Shown here one piece after another: positions 29,079 to 39,548 of a stretch of 64,000 nucleotides of DNA. Position numbers and translations under genes: made by a program. Where the stretch lies: the NCBI GenBank assembly GCA_022711715.1, contig JAKLEC010000001.1, forward strand, positions 112,860-176,859, read 5' to 3'. Source of the stretch: Acidobacteriota bacterium. Its GTDB lineage: Bacteria; Acidobacteriota; Aminicenantia; UBA2199. Below the pieces are notes generated by a model. The model was not told where the DNA came from and ran no database searches. It saw nothing but the letters and a program-made list of their open reading frames with translations. How positions within the stretch are numbered: position 1 is the first letter of the stretch; every line of letters begins with the position of its first letter.

Positions 29079-30284
29079 ATGAAGATACTGGTCATCAATT
29101 GCGGGAGTTCGTCGATCAAGTTCCAGCTGCTCAACATGGAAACGGGGCAGGTCCTGGCCAAGGGCCTGCTGGAGCGCATCGCCATCCCCGGCTCGGTGCT
29201 GAACTACTACCAGGGCGAGACCAAGCACGTCGTCAACCGCAACGTGGCCAATCACGAGGAGGGAGTGCAGCTCATCGTCAGCCTGCTCACCGACCCCGCC
29301 AAGGGCGTCATCCGCGACAAGAGCGAGATCTTCGCCATCGGCCACCGCGTGGTCCACGCCGGCGAGAAGTTCAACGGCACCGTACCCATCACCCCGGCCG
29401 TGCTGGCCGCGCTCAAGGAGTGCATCCCGCTGGCGCCGCTGCACAACCCGCCCAACATCACCGGCATCGAGGCCTGCCAGAAGATCCTGCCCGGCATTCC
29501 CATGGCCGGCACTTTCGACACCGCCTTCCACCAGACCATGCCGGAGAAGGCCTACATATACCCCCTGCCCTACGAGTACTACCGCGAGCACAAGATCCGC
29601 CGCTACGGCTTCCACGGCACCTCGCACTTCTACGTGGCCAAGCAGGGGGCCAAGGCCATGGGCCGCAGGCTGGAGGAGCTGAAGATCATCACCTGCCACC
29701 TGGGAAACGGCTCGTCGATGGCCGCCATTCGCAACGGCGTCTCGGTCGACACCTCGATGGGCTACACGCCGCTGGAGGGGCTGCCCATGGGCACGCGCTG
29801 CGGCGACCTCGACCCGGCCATCCCGCTGGTGCTGCAGCGCACGCTCGGGCTGAGCGGCGAGCAGGTCGACGCCGTGCTCAACCGCAAGAGCGGCATGCTG
29901 GGCATCTCCGGCGTCTCCTCCGACATGCGCGACATCAACGACCAGGCCGCCGCCGGCCATGCCCAGGCCCGGCTGGCGCTGGAGATCTTCGCCTACCGCA
30001 TCAAGAAGTACATCGGCGCGTACATCGCCGCCATGAACGGCGCGGACCTGGTCATCTTCACCGCCGGCATCGGCGAGCGCGGCCGCAGGGAACGCGAGCT
30101 GATCCTGAGCGACATGGAGTTCCTGGGCATCGAGTTCGACGCCGCGGCCAACCATGAGGCCTTCGGCAGGCTGGGAACCATCTCCAAGCCCGGCTCGCGC
30201 GTCCGCGTCATGGTCGTGCCCACCAACGAGGAGCTGGAGATCGCCGAGCAGACGCTGAAGGTCATTCAAAACAACAAGAAATAG
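29079..30284 (+). CDS. ackA: Acetate kinase
   Basis: MKILVINCGSSSIKFQL N-terminus and full-length AckA similarity. TAG stop is the first unit of a (TAGTGA)n array. Confidence 0.97.
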   Translation: MKILVINCGSSSIKFQLLNMETGQVLAKGLLERIAIPGSVLNYYQGETKHVVNRNVANHEEGVQLIVSLLTDPAKGVIRDKSEIFAIGHRVVHAGEKFNGTVPITPAVLAALKECIPLAPLHNPPNITGIEACQKILPGIPMAGTFDTAFHQTMPEKAYIYPLPYEYYREHKIRRYGFHGTSHFYVAKQGAKAMGRRLEELKIITCHLGNGSSMAAIRNGVSVDTSMGYTPLEGLPMGTRCGDLDPAIPLVLQRTLGLSGEQVDAVLNRKSGMLGISGVSSDMRDINDQAAAGHAQARLALEIFAYRIKKYIGAYIAAMNGADLVIFTAGIGERGRRERELILSDMEFLGIEFDAAANHEAFGRLGTISKPGSRVRVMVVPTNEELEIAEQTLKVIQNNKK

Positions 30285-30400
30285 TGATAGTGATAGTGTT
30301 AGTGTTAGGAACAGCAATAGCAGAACTTTTTTCATCCTGACACGTTTCGGATCAGGGGCTTTCACTTTTACCTTTTTCCTTTTACCTTTTGCCTTTTGCC
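30282..30400. repeat. (TAGTGA)n / GTGTTA array - GGAACAGCAATAG core - CTTTTNC heptamer array
   Basis: The array starts with the ackA stop codon. cttttac ctttttc cttttac cttttgc cttttgc at 30361-30400. Confidence 0.85.
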
Positions 30401-30482
30401 CGATGCGGTCACGAAGCCCCGGAGGCTATTCAATCCCCGACCGCGGGGCAATGACGCCCCACGGGCCATTCAGTGTAAATAA

Positions 30483-30678
30483 GCTCGGCGTACGGCTGAC
30501 GGCATACGGCAACAGCACGTCTGCGATAGATAGCGCTGCGCAACTAGTGACGGACAAATTACCTCAGCGTATGGCTTTGACAATCTTGGATTGAAAAACT
30601 CATCGAAATTCAGGATTGCGCAGCAATGTCCCACTTTGGCTTTACCGTACGCCGTATGCCGTACGCCGTATGCCAAGC
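30483..30678. repeat. GCCGTAY-type hairpin element (filled form, insert of about 120 nt)
   Basis: Left arm gctcggcgtacggctgacggcatacggcaacagc. Right arm ggctttaccgtacgccgtatgccgtacgccgtatgccaagc. Inner 9-bp inverted repeat gctgcgcaa (30534) / ttgcgcagc (30616). Confidence 0.85.
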
Positions 30679-30711
30679 TCATCGAAGTCCCAAAATGCCG
30701 CCGCTGATGGT

Positions 30712-30740
30712 TTGCCAGAACCCTCCCGTATTGCTATAAT
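30712..30740 (+). promoter_or_regulatory. Sigma70-type promoter TTGCCA-17-(TGc)TATAAT for the small-ORF/kinase/bEBP/rluB operon
   Basis: Near-consensus -35 box, extended -10 and 17-nt spacer. Confidence 0.65.
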
Positions 30741-30779
30741 CAGGGCAAAGGAGACGCGGCCCGACGGGGCGCTGACGGC

Positions 30780-31061
30780 ATGAAAAAGGTGTTCCTGGTT
30801 CTCCTGCTCGCCCTGCTGCTGGCTCCCCCCCCCTTCCAGGCCACGGCCCAGGAGGCCAATCCCGACGGCGCCTCGCTGCGCACCATCCCCCCGGCCGGGA
30901 GGGCCGAGAGCTATCCCGACAGCGAGGACGACATCTTTTCCAGCTCGTTCGAGCGCGAGATGCTGACCCGCCGCTTCTTCCAGAAGACCCTGCCGCCGCT
31001 CAAGCCCCGGGAGAAGGTGGCCTGGGCCTTCCGCACCTCCCGGGCCAGCATCCTGTTATGA
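30780..31061 (+). CDS. Small secreted protein (93 aa), hypothetical
   Basis: Signal peptide MKKVFLVLLLALLLAPPPFQATAQE. ATGA overlap with the sensor kinase start. Strong sigma70 promoter upstream. Confidence 0.6.
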   Translation: MKKVFLVLLLALLLAPPPFQATAQEANPDGASLRTIPPAGRAESYPDSEDDIFSSSFEREMLTRRFFQKTLPPLKPREKVAWAFRTSRASILL

Positions 31062-33858
31062 AGCCCCCGCTGCTGCGGCGCCTGGCCGCCGCCGTCCCCG
31101 ACGCCGCCCGCCAGTACATCTGGCACTTCATGTTCGCAGCCTTCATCCTGCTCAGCCTGGCCAACATCTTCCAGAAACTGAAGTGGAGCTCGGCCACCGA
31201 CCACATCGCCTGGGAGCCGGGCCCCCAAGGGCTGGTCTGCCGCTCGGCCCCGGCCGGCGGCCAGGTCCGCCCCGGCGACATCCTGCTGGCCGTCAACAAG
31301 TACCAGGTGGGCGGCCGCATCGACCTGCTGCGCGCCATCGCCGGCCGCAACTACTGCCGCTACGAGATCGAGCGCGACGGCATCCTCAAGAACGTCGGTG
31401 TCGACATCGACCCGGTGTTCACCCCCTTCTCCTATTACATCCTGGTCTTCGTCGGCATCCTGTCCGTGCTGCTCACCCTGGGCATCCTCAACGTATACGT
31501 GCGCCAGGCGACGCTGTTCCCGCCGCCGCAGGTGTTCTTCGTCCTCAGCCTGACCCTGTCGGGGTTCCTGATCTTCTCCCCCACCGGCGATTTCGGCGCC
31601 AGCGACTACCTGTTCACCGTTCTGGACGCCGCCTGCTTCGCCCTCTTCCCGGCCGTGCTGCTGCACTATGCGCTGCAGTACCCGCTGCGCGCCCGCGGCC
31701 TCAAGCGGCTCAACTCGCGGCTGCGCGACCTGCTGATCTACCTGACGCCGCTGGCGCTGCTGGCCTTCAACGGCTACTTCGTCCTGCACAACCTGCTGGC
31801 GCCCGACGCCGAGGTCCTGACCACGACCATCAACCACTTCCGCTCCCTGGGCCAGAAGTACTTCGCCGTCTACGTGCTGCTGGCCTGGGCGCGCATCGGC
31901 CACTCCTCGCTCAGCCTGGTCCTGAAGAAGCGCCAGAAGCGCTACCTCGTCCCCCTGGCCGGCATCTCGCTGAGCTTCGTCTCGCTGCTGCTGCTTAACT
32001 TCACCCGCCAGGCCCCGGAAGCGGCCCCCGGTCCGCTCGTCTACCTGAGCATGATCTTCCTGCCCTTCCTGCCGCTGAGCCTGGTGTACTTCCTCTCGCC
32101 GCGGCGGGTGACCGACATCGAGAACATCATCAAGAAGACGCTCTCGATCTCCTCGCTGTTCCTGTTCATCTTCGGCACCTACCTGTTCCTGGGCCTGAAC
32201 ATCGGCCAGAACAAGCTGCTGGGCATCTTCTGGTCGCTGGCGGCCATCCTCATGGCCGGCCTGCTGTTCAAGCCCCTGGAAGGGACGCTGCAGCGCGTCT
32301 TCGAGCGGCTGTTCTACCGCGAGACCTTCAACTTCAAGCGCAAGCTGAAGGAATTGGAGGGCTCGATCAGCGCCCAGCGCGACCTCTCTTCGCTGTCGCA
32401 GAACTTCCTGGAGATCATCGGCCGCGGCTTCCAGCTGCAGGCCGCCTCGCTGCTGGTCCCCTACCGCAACAACCTGTTCTATTCGCTGCCCGGCCGCCGG
32501 CGGTTCTTTCTGACCCGCAGCTTCCTCGACGCCCTGCAAAGCCGCGACCACCTGGTGTTCCTCTCCGAGCAGGAGTTCGCCACCAAGTTCCCCGGCGACC
32601 AGGCGGCCATGCCCGCCGAGAAGCTGTTCCAGTTCCAGCCGCTGCGCATCGGCGAGCGCCTGGTCGGCGTCGTGGCCATGGGCCGCAAGACCGACCACTC
32701 CTACCTGACGGTCGAGGACTGGGACCTGATGGCCAGCATCGCCTCGCCCCTGGCGCTGTCGGTGGAGAACGCCTTCCTCTACTCGCGCCTGGAGGGGCAG
32801 CTGGCCGAACTCAACCAGCTCAAGGAGTTCAACGAGAACATCATCGAGAACATCAACCTGGGCATCCTGGTCGTCTCGCGGCTGAACCTGGTGCAGACCT
32901 GGAACACCTTCATGGAGGAGCGCTGGGGCATCCCGCGCGCCAAGGCGCTGCGCAAGCGGGCCCCGCAGCTGCTGGGCCGCGAGCTGTGGGAGCGGCTGCA
33001 GCCCGGCCAGCCGGGCACGCACACGCTGCGCAACGTCAAGGTCCCCATCGGCGAGGCCGAGACCTTCTTCGACCTCTATGTCTCGCCGCTCAAGGACGAG
33101 TCGGGCAGCATCTCCGGCCGCATCTTCGTCTTCGAGGACGTGACCGAGAAGAACCGCATCCAGAACCAGCTGGTCACCTCGGAAAAGATGGCCTCGCTGG
33201 GCCTGCTGTCGGCGGGCATCGCCCACGAGATCAACACGCCGCTGACCGGCATCTCCTCCTACTGCCAGTTCCTGCTCGACAACCCCGGCGGCCGCGACAA
33301 TCCCGAGCTGATCGCCAAGATGCAGGACCAGGTGCTGCGCGCCAACAAGATCGTGCGCACCCTGCTCGACTTCTCGCGCCAGAAGGGGCAGCAGCCCGGG
33401 CCCGTCGACCTGAACCGCGTCCTCGACGAGAGCCTGGCCCTGGTCGAGCACAAGCTGAAGAAGAAGAACATCCGCGTGCGCCGCGAGGCCGAGTTCCGCG
33501 GCCGCTTCGCCGGCTTCCCCACCCGGCTGCAGCAGCTGTTCATCAACCTGTTCATCAACGCCATCGACGCCATCGACGGCGAAGGCTGGATCTCCGTCGG
33601 CGGCGAGGAGAGCGCCGAGCAGGTAACGGTGCGTTTCAAGGACAGCGGCCGCGGCATCGCCCCGCGTGACCTGGAGCGCATCTTCGACCCGTTCTTCACC
33701 ACCAAGGATGTCGGCCAGGGGACCGGCCTGGGGCTGGCCATCGTCTACAACATCGTCAAGGAGCACTACGGCGAGATCGAGGCGCACAGCCGCGTCGGCC
33801 GCGGCACCACCTTCATCATCACCTTCCCCCTGCAGAGCCCGCTGAGGAGCATGAACCT

Positions 33859-33862
<4 letters not shown>
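31058..33862 (+). CDS. Sensor histidine kinase: PDZ-like domain, polytopic membrane region, GAF, PAS, HisKA, HATPase
   Basis: PDZ-like GQVRPGDILLAVN. About 8 TM helices. H-box AHEINTPL. G-box GTGLGLAI. Confidence 0.9.
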
Positions 33863-35204
<1,342 letters not shown>

Positions 35205-35208
<4 letters not shown>

Positions 35209-36080
35209 GGGAAATCAAGCTGCAGAGGTTCCTCCAGGAATGCGGCGTGGCCAGCCGCCGCGACATCCGCCGCTGGATCCACGAGGGGCGCTTCCAGGTG
35301 GCGGGCCGGGCCGTGACCGACCCCAACCACCCGGTGCGCCATCCCGGCGACGAGGTGCGTCTCGACGGCCGGCCGCTGCGGCGGGCGCCGCAGGCGCGGA
35401 GCTACTTCATCCTCAACAAGCCGGCCGGGGTCGTCTCCACCCTGTCCGATCCCGAGGGGCGGCCGACAGTCGCCGCCCTCATCCGCCGCATCCGCGAGCG
35501 CGTCTTCCCGGTGGGGCGCCTCGACTTCCACTCCGACGGCCTGATGCTGCTGACCAACGACGGCGAGCTGGCCAACTTCATCCTCTCGGCGCGCAACGGC
35601 GTGCCCAAGACCTACCTGCTCAAGATCAAGGGCGAGCTGTCCGAGGCCGAGCGCGGCAAGCTGGAGCGCGGCTTCGTCCTGGAGGGCGAGCGTCTCAACC
35701 CCTTCGTCATCGAGCCGCAGAGCCGCACCAGCGCCGGCAACTCCTGGCTGCGCGTGACCATCACCGAGGGCAAAAAGCATATCCTGCGCAAGGCCTTCCA
35801 GTTCTCGGGCCACCCGGTGGAAAAGCTGCGCCGCGTGGCCATCGGCGGCATCACCCTGGGCAAGCTGCCGCCGGGCGAGTGGCGCGAGCTGCGCGAGGAA
35901 GAGGTCGAGTCGTTCAAGCGCCAGTACCGCTTCAACGCACCGGCCTCAGGGAAGAAACAGGGAAGAATGAGGGAAGACAGAGGGGCTGGACTAGAAAACC
36001 TCTCGGTCCGTCGAGGTTCCACGTACCACGTACCACGTACCAAGTTGAAGACAAAGGCCTTTCCGCAGAGAACGAAGTGA
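35205..36080 (+). CDS. rluB: Pseudouridine synthase (RsuA/RluB family) with about 50-aa repeat-encoded C-terminal tail
   Basis: S4 domain and the catalytic GRLDFHSDGLMLLTNDG motif. The last about 150 nt read through a GGGAAG-rich repeat element. Confidence 0.85.
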
Positions 36081-36137
36081 GAAAGAAGTTCTGAAAATGC
36101 CTTTCCCACTCTCTCTTCCCTCTGTCTTCCCTTGAGA
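35947..36137. repeat. GGGAAG-type element with inserted CACGTAC x3 array; overlaps the rluB 3' end
   Basis: cagggaagaaacagggaagaatgagggaagacagagggg ... ccacgtaccacgtaccacgtacc (36019-36043) ... gtgagaaagaagttctgaaaatgcctttcccactctctcttccctctgtcttcccttgaga. Confidence 0.85.
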
Positions 36138-36160
36138 TGGGTGGTTCTCAGGTGTAGAAT
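36132..36160 (+). promoter_or_regulatory. Sigma70-type promoter TTGAGA-17-TAGAAT for paralog 1
   Basis: The -35 box is the terminal CTTCCCTTGAGA of the GGGAAG-type repeat. The same architecture occurs at 37205-37233. Confidence 0.5.
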
Positions 36161-36190
36161 GATCCCATGCACTGTCCCGAGGAGAATCTG

Positions 36191-37093
36191 ATGCGCCATA
36201 AAATCACGATCGGCGTTTTGGCACTGCTTCTGGGCATCCTGACCGCTCCCGCCCGCCTTCATGCCTCGGCCCCGCGCAACATCATCGTCTACTTCGAGTT
36301 CCTCGACAACGCCAACGGCATCGAGGAGGCCGTCTCCTTCCTGTTCGGGCGCATGCTGCGGCCCGGCGACCAGCTGATCGTGCAGTCGCCGGCCAGGACC
36401 TACGGCTTCTCGCCGGCCAGCCTGGGACGCTCCAAGGCCGAGCTGGCCGTCTCCCTGCAGGGCCGGCTGCGCGGCGACATTTCCCGCTCGGGCCAGGGCT
36501 ATAAGCAGGTCCTCCTGGACCTGGACGCGGCGGCGCTGGAGATCGCCGAGCTCGCCTACCCGACCGGCGTGGTGGACGCCAACAAGGACCTGGGCGAGAT
36601 GTTCATCCTCTACCGCCAGGGCCTGGCCAACCTGCGGCAGCTGCGCCAGGTGAGCGCCGCCTCGCTGCGCCGGCTCAGCGGCGCCTTCCAGGGCCAAAAG
36701 GGTGAAAACCACGTCATCGTCCTCTTCGAGCGCGAGTTCCGCCCCATCCCGCGCCGCGAGGCGCTGAACGCGCTGGCCGACATGCCCGCCTTCGCCATGA
36801 AGGCCAACGAGATGTTCTCCGCGACCGAGCTTGACCCGCCCTTTGACGTGCCAGCGCTGGCCGCTTTCTTCCGCGGCGTGCCGCTGACCCTGCACTTCGT
36901 CTACGTCACCTCCAAGAACACGACGATCGCCGGCAACCGCTTTGAGAGTTCGGGCGACATCTACTCCGCCTTCAGCAAGCTCGCCGAAGCCACCGGCGGC
37001 GTATGCGCGGCGACGGCAGAACCAAGGGACGGGCTGAAAGCGGTATTGAAGGCCTGGCAGGGCTCAAAATTGAGCGGATCCAGGGAAGAATGA
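36191..37093 (+). CDS. Secreted alpha/beta protein, tandem paralog 1 (VWA-like fold suspected, no MIDAS)
   Basis: GAGGAG SD 5 nt before ATG 36191. Signal peptide. Shares PRNIIV(Y/F)FE, GDQLI.QSP, QKGENH.IVLFEREFRP.PRREALN, VPLTLHFVYVT and ATGGVC with the two downstream genes. Confidence 0.8.
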   Translation: MRHKITIGVLALLLGILTAPARLHASAPRNIIVYFEFLDNANGIEEAVSFLFGRMLRPGDQLIVQSPARTYGFSPASLGRSKAELAVSLQGRLRGDISRSGQGYKQVLLDLDAAALEIAELAYPTGVVDANKDLGEMFILYRQGLANLRQLRQVSAASLRRLSGAFQGQKGENHVIVLFEREFRPIPRREALNALADMPAFAMKANEMFSATELDPPFDVPALAAFFRGVPLTLHFVYVTSKNTTIAGNRFESSGDIYSAFSKLAEATGGVCAATAEPRDGLKAVLKAWQGSKLSGSREE

Positions 37094-37210
37094 GGGAAGA
37101 CAGAGGGAAAGGCAGAGGGAAAATAAAGTGAGAAAGAGGTTCTGAAAAGGCCTTTCCCACTCTCTCTTCCCTTTCTCCTCCCTCACTCTTCCCTCTGTCT
37201 TCCCTTGAGA
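37081..37210. repeat. GGGAAG-type hairpin element (compact form)
   Basis: Purine arm 37081-37137, loop ttctgaaaagg, pyrimidine arm 37150-37210. Contains the TGA stop of paralog 1 and the -35 box of paralog 2. Confidence 0.9.
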
Positions 37211-37233
37211 TTCTTAATTCCTGGGTGTAGGAT
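37205..37233 (+). promoter_or_regulatory. Sigma70-type promoter TTGAGA-17-TAGGAT for paralog 2
   Basis: Homologous to 36132-36160, with conserved GGTGTAG(A/G)ATGATCCCA. Confidence 0.5.
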
Positions 37234-37262
37234 GATCCCATAAACTTCCCTAGGAGGCCCTG

Positions 37263-38153
37263 ATGCCCCGAAAATCTCCCGCCTTCATTCTCACCCTCAT
37301 CCTGTTCCTGGCCGCCCTGGCCGCCCCGTGCCGCCTGGCGGCTGCCGGGCCGCGCAACATCATCGTCTTCTTCGAGCTCCGCGATGATGTCGCCGGCGTG
37401 GAGAGCGCCGTGGAGACGGTTTTCGACAAGATGCTCGCGCCCGGCGACCAGCTCATCATCCAGTCGCCGGTCCGCGTCTACGGGTTCTCGGCGCAGACCC
37501 TAGCCCGGCCCAAGGCCGAGCTGGTCGCGGCCATCAACGACAAGCTGCGCGCCGACATCACCCGGGCGGCGCAGACCTACAAGCAGGTGATCGGCGAGCT
37601 CGAGACGGCGGCCCGCAACATCGCCAGCCTCGCCTACCCCGACCTCGAGTCGAGCGGCGCCCTGCCCGAGGTCCGCGACATGGGCGAGCTGTTCAACTTC
37701 TACCGCCAGGGGCTGGCCAACCTGGCCGTCCTGCGCAAGGCCAACGACGCCTCCCTGCGCCAGCTGGCCGGCGCCTTCCGCGGCCAGAAGGGCGAAAACC
37801 ATATTATCGTCCTCTTCGAGCGCGAGTTCCGGCCGGTCCCCCGGCGCGAGGCCTTGAACGTGCTGGCCGACATGCCCAAGATCGCCTTCCAAGCCAACGA
37901 GCTGTTCACCATCGGCAACCTGAAGGAACCCTTCGACGCCGACGCCCTGGCCGGGTTCCTCAAGGGAGTGCCGCTGACGCTCCATTTCGTCTACGTCACC
38001 GGCAAGACCACGTCGGCAACCGGCAACCTGCTGGAGAACTCGGGCGACGTCTATTCGGCGTTCAGCGAGGCGGCCCAGGCCACCGGCGGCGTGTGCACGA
38101 CGACCGCCGAGCCCAGCGATGGGCTGAAAACGATTCTTAAATCCTGGAAATAG
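37263..38153 (+). CDS. Secreted alpha/beta protein, tandem paralog 2
   Basis: AGGAGG SD, signal peptide, colinear with paralogs 1 and 3. Confidence 0.85.
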   Translation: MPRKSPAFILTLILFLAALAAPCRLAAAGPRNIIVFFELRDDVAGVESAVETVFDKMLAPGDQLIIQSPVRVYGFSAQTLARPKAELVAAINDKLRADITRAAQTYKQVIGELETAARNIASLAYPDLESSGALPEVRDMGELFNFYRQGLANLAVLRKANDASLRQLAGAFRGQKGENHIIVLFEREFRPVPRREALNVLADMPKIAFQANELFTIGNLKEPFDADALAGFLKGVPLTLHFVYVTGKTTSATGNLLENSGDVYSAFSEAAQATGGVCTTTAEPSDGLKTILKSWK

Positions 38154-38160
38154 AAAAGGG

Positions 38161-38261
38161 CTATCGTAATTCGTAAGGCGTAATTCGTGATTCGTAGCGG
38201 CAAAAGGCCGATCCGTTGCGGTTCTTTTTCCGAATTCCGAATTACGAATCACGAGTGATCG
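38161..38261. repeat. CGTRATT-armed hairpin element, copy 3
   Basis: ctatCGTAATTCGTaaggCGTAATTCGTGATTCGtagcggcaaaaggccgatccgttgcggttctttttcCGAATTCCGAATTACGAATCACGagtgatcg. Confidence 0.9.
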
Positions 38262-38325
38262 TCCTCCCTGTATTTATATTTGACAAAGGAGTATCATTCC
38301 ATCGAGACAATCCACAGGAGATGCC

Positions 38326-39237
38326 ATGCGACGCAAAAAATCGATTTCCCTGCTGGCCCTGTTCCTGGCACTGGCCGCCCTGGCCGTTCCCGCCCCGCTG
38401 CAGGCCGCCGGGCCGCGCAACATCATCGTCTTCTTCGAGTTCCGCGAAGTCACCGGCGGCGTAGATGCCGCTTTGGAGACGGTCTTCAACCGCATGCTCG
38501 GCCCCAGCGACCAGCTGATCATCCAGTCGCCGGCGCGGCTCTACGGCTTCTCGCCGCAGACCCTGGCCCGGCCCAAGACGGAGCTGATCGCCATGATGCA
38601 CGAGAAGCTGCGCGGCGACATCTCCCAGGCGGCGCAGAACTACCAGCAGGTCACCAAGGACCTGGAGATCGCCGTGCGCAACCTGGAGGGTTTCGTGATG
38701 CCTTCGGGGGTCCCCGAAGCCGGCGGCATGGGCGGCGGCAGGGAAACCCGGGACCTCAGCGAGCTCTTCAACGGCTACCGCCAGGGGCTGGACAACCTGG
38801 CCGTCCTGCGCAAGGTCAACGAGGCCGCATTGCGCCAGCTGGCCGGCGCCTTCCGCGGCCAGAAGGGAGAGAACCACATTATCGTCCTGTTCGAGCGCGA
38901 ATTCCGGCCGGTGCCGCGGCGTGAGGCGCTGAACATCCTGGGCGACATGCCCAAGTTCGCCTTCCAGGCCAACGAGCTGTTCACCATCGGCAACCTGAAG
39001 GAACCCTTCGACGGCGCCGCCCTGGCCGAGTTTTTCAAGGAGGTGCCGCTGAAGTTGCATTTCGTCTACGTCACCGGCAAGACCACGTCGGCAACCGGCA
39101 ATCTGCTGGAGAACTCGGGCGACGTCTACTCGGCCTTCAGCAAGGCGGCCCGGGCCACCGGCGGCGTGTGTGAGACCACGGCCGAGCCGGCGGACGGCTT
39201 GAAGGCGGTCATGAAGGCCTGGAAGGACGAAAAATAG
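38326..39237 (+). CDS. Secreted alpha/beta protein, tandem paralog 3
   Basis: AGGAG SD, signal peptide, colinear with paralogs 1 and 2. Confidence 0.85.
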   Translation: MRRKKSISLLALFLALAALAVPAPLQAAGPRNIIVFFEFREVTGGVDAALETVFNRMLGPSDQLIIQSPARLYGFSPQTLARPKTELIAMMHEKLRGDISQAAQNYQQVTKDLEIAVRNLEGFVMPSGVPEAGGMGGGRETRDLSELFNGYRQGLDNLAVLRKVNEAALRQLAGAFRGQKGENHIIVLFEREFRPVPRREALNILGDMPKFAFQANELFTIGNLKEPFDGAALAEFFKEVPLKLHFVYVTGKTTSATGNLLENSGDVYSAFSKAARATGGVCETTAEPADGLKAVMKAWKDEK

Positions 39238-39246
39238 CGGCAGAAG

Positions 39247-39340
39247 CGATCGTAATTCGTTAGACGTAATTCGTAATTCGTAACCGCAACAGATCGATCC
39301 GTTGCAGTTCCTCTTCCGAATTACGAATCAGGAGTGATCG
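39247..39340. repeat. CGTRATT-armed hairpin element, copy 4
   Basis: Same architecture and orientation as 38161-38261. Core ccgcaacagatcgatccgttgcag. Confidence 0.9.
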
Positions 39341-39367
39341 TTCCCCCTGTAGTTCTTTTGGCAGGGG

Positions 39368-39471
39368 CTATCGCAATTCGTCAGGCGTAATTCATAATTC
39401 ATAGCCGCAAAAGACTGGTCTATTGCCGCTTTTCTTCCGAATTTCGAACCACGAATTACGAATTACGGATC
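39368..39471. repeat. CGTRATT-armed hairpin element, copy 5 (more diverged)
   Basis: ctatcgcaattcgtcaggcgtaattcataattcatagccgcaaaagactggtctattgccgcttttcttccgaatttcgaaccacgaattacgaattacggatc. Confidence 0.85.
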
Positions 39472-39515
39472 TCGGTTTTCATGAAACGGCCGTGTTTCGG
39501 CCGGCGTCTATAATA

Positions 39516-39524
39516 TGGTATAAT
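39516..39524 (+). promoter_or_regulatory. Extended -10 TGgTATAAT for the GWxTD operon
   Basis: Perfect extended -10 box 25 nt before ATG 39549. A second TATAAT lies at 39509-39514. Confidence 0.5.
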
Positions 39525-39548
39525 AAGGAAAAAGAGGATCCAAGCACC

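Noticed and set aside
39359-39375. Sigma54-like TGGCAGGGGCTATCGCA upstream of the GWxTD operon.
   Set aside because: - The spacing is GG-N11-GC instead of N10, and the -12 block is TCGCA.
- A good sigma70 extended -10 box lies closer to the gene.
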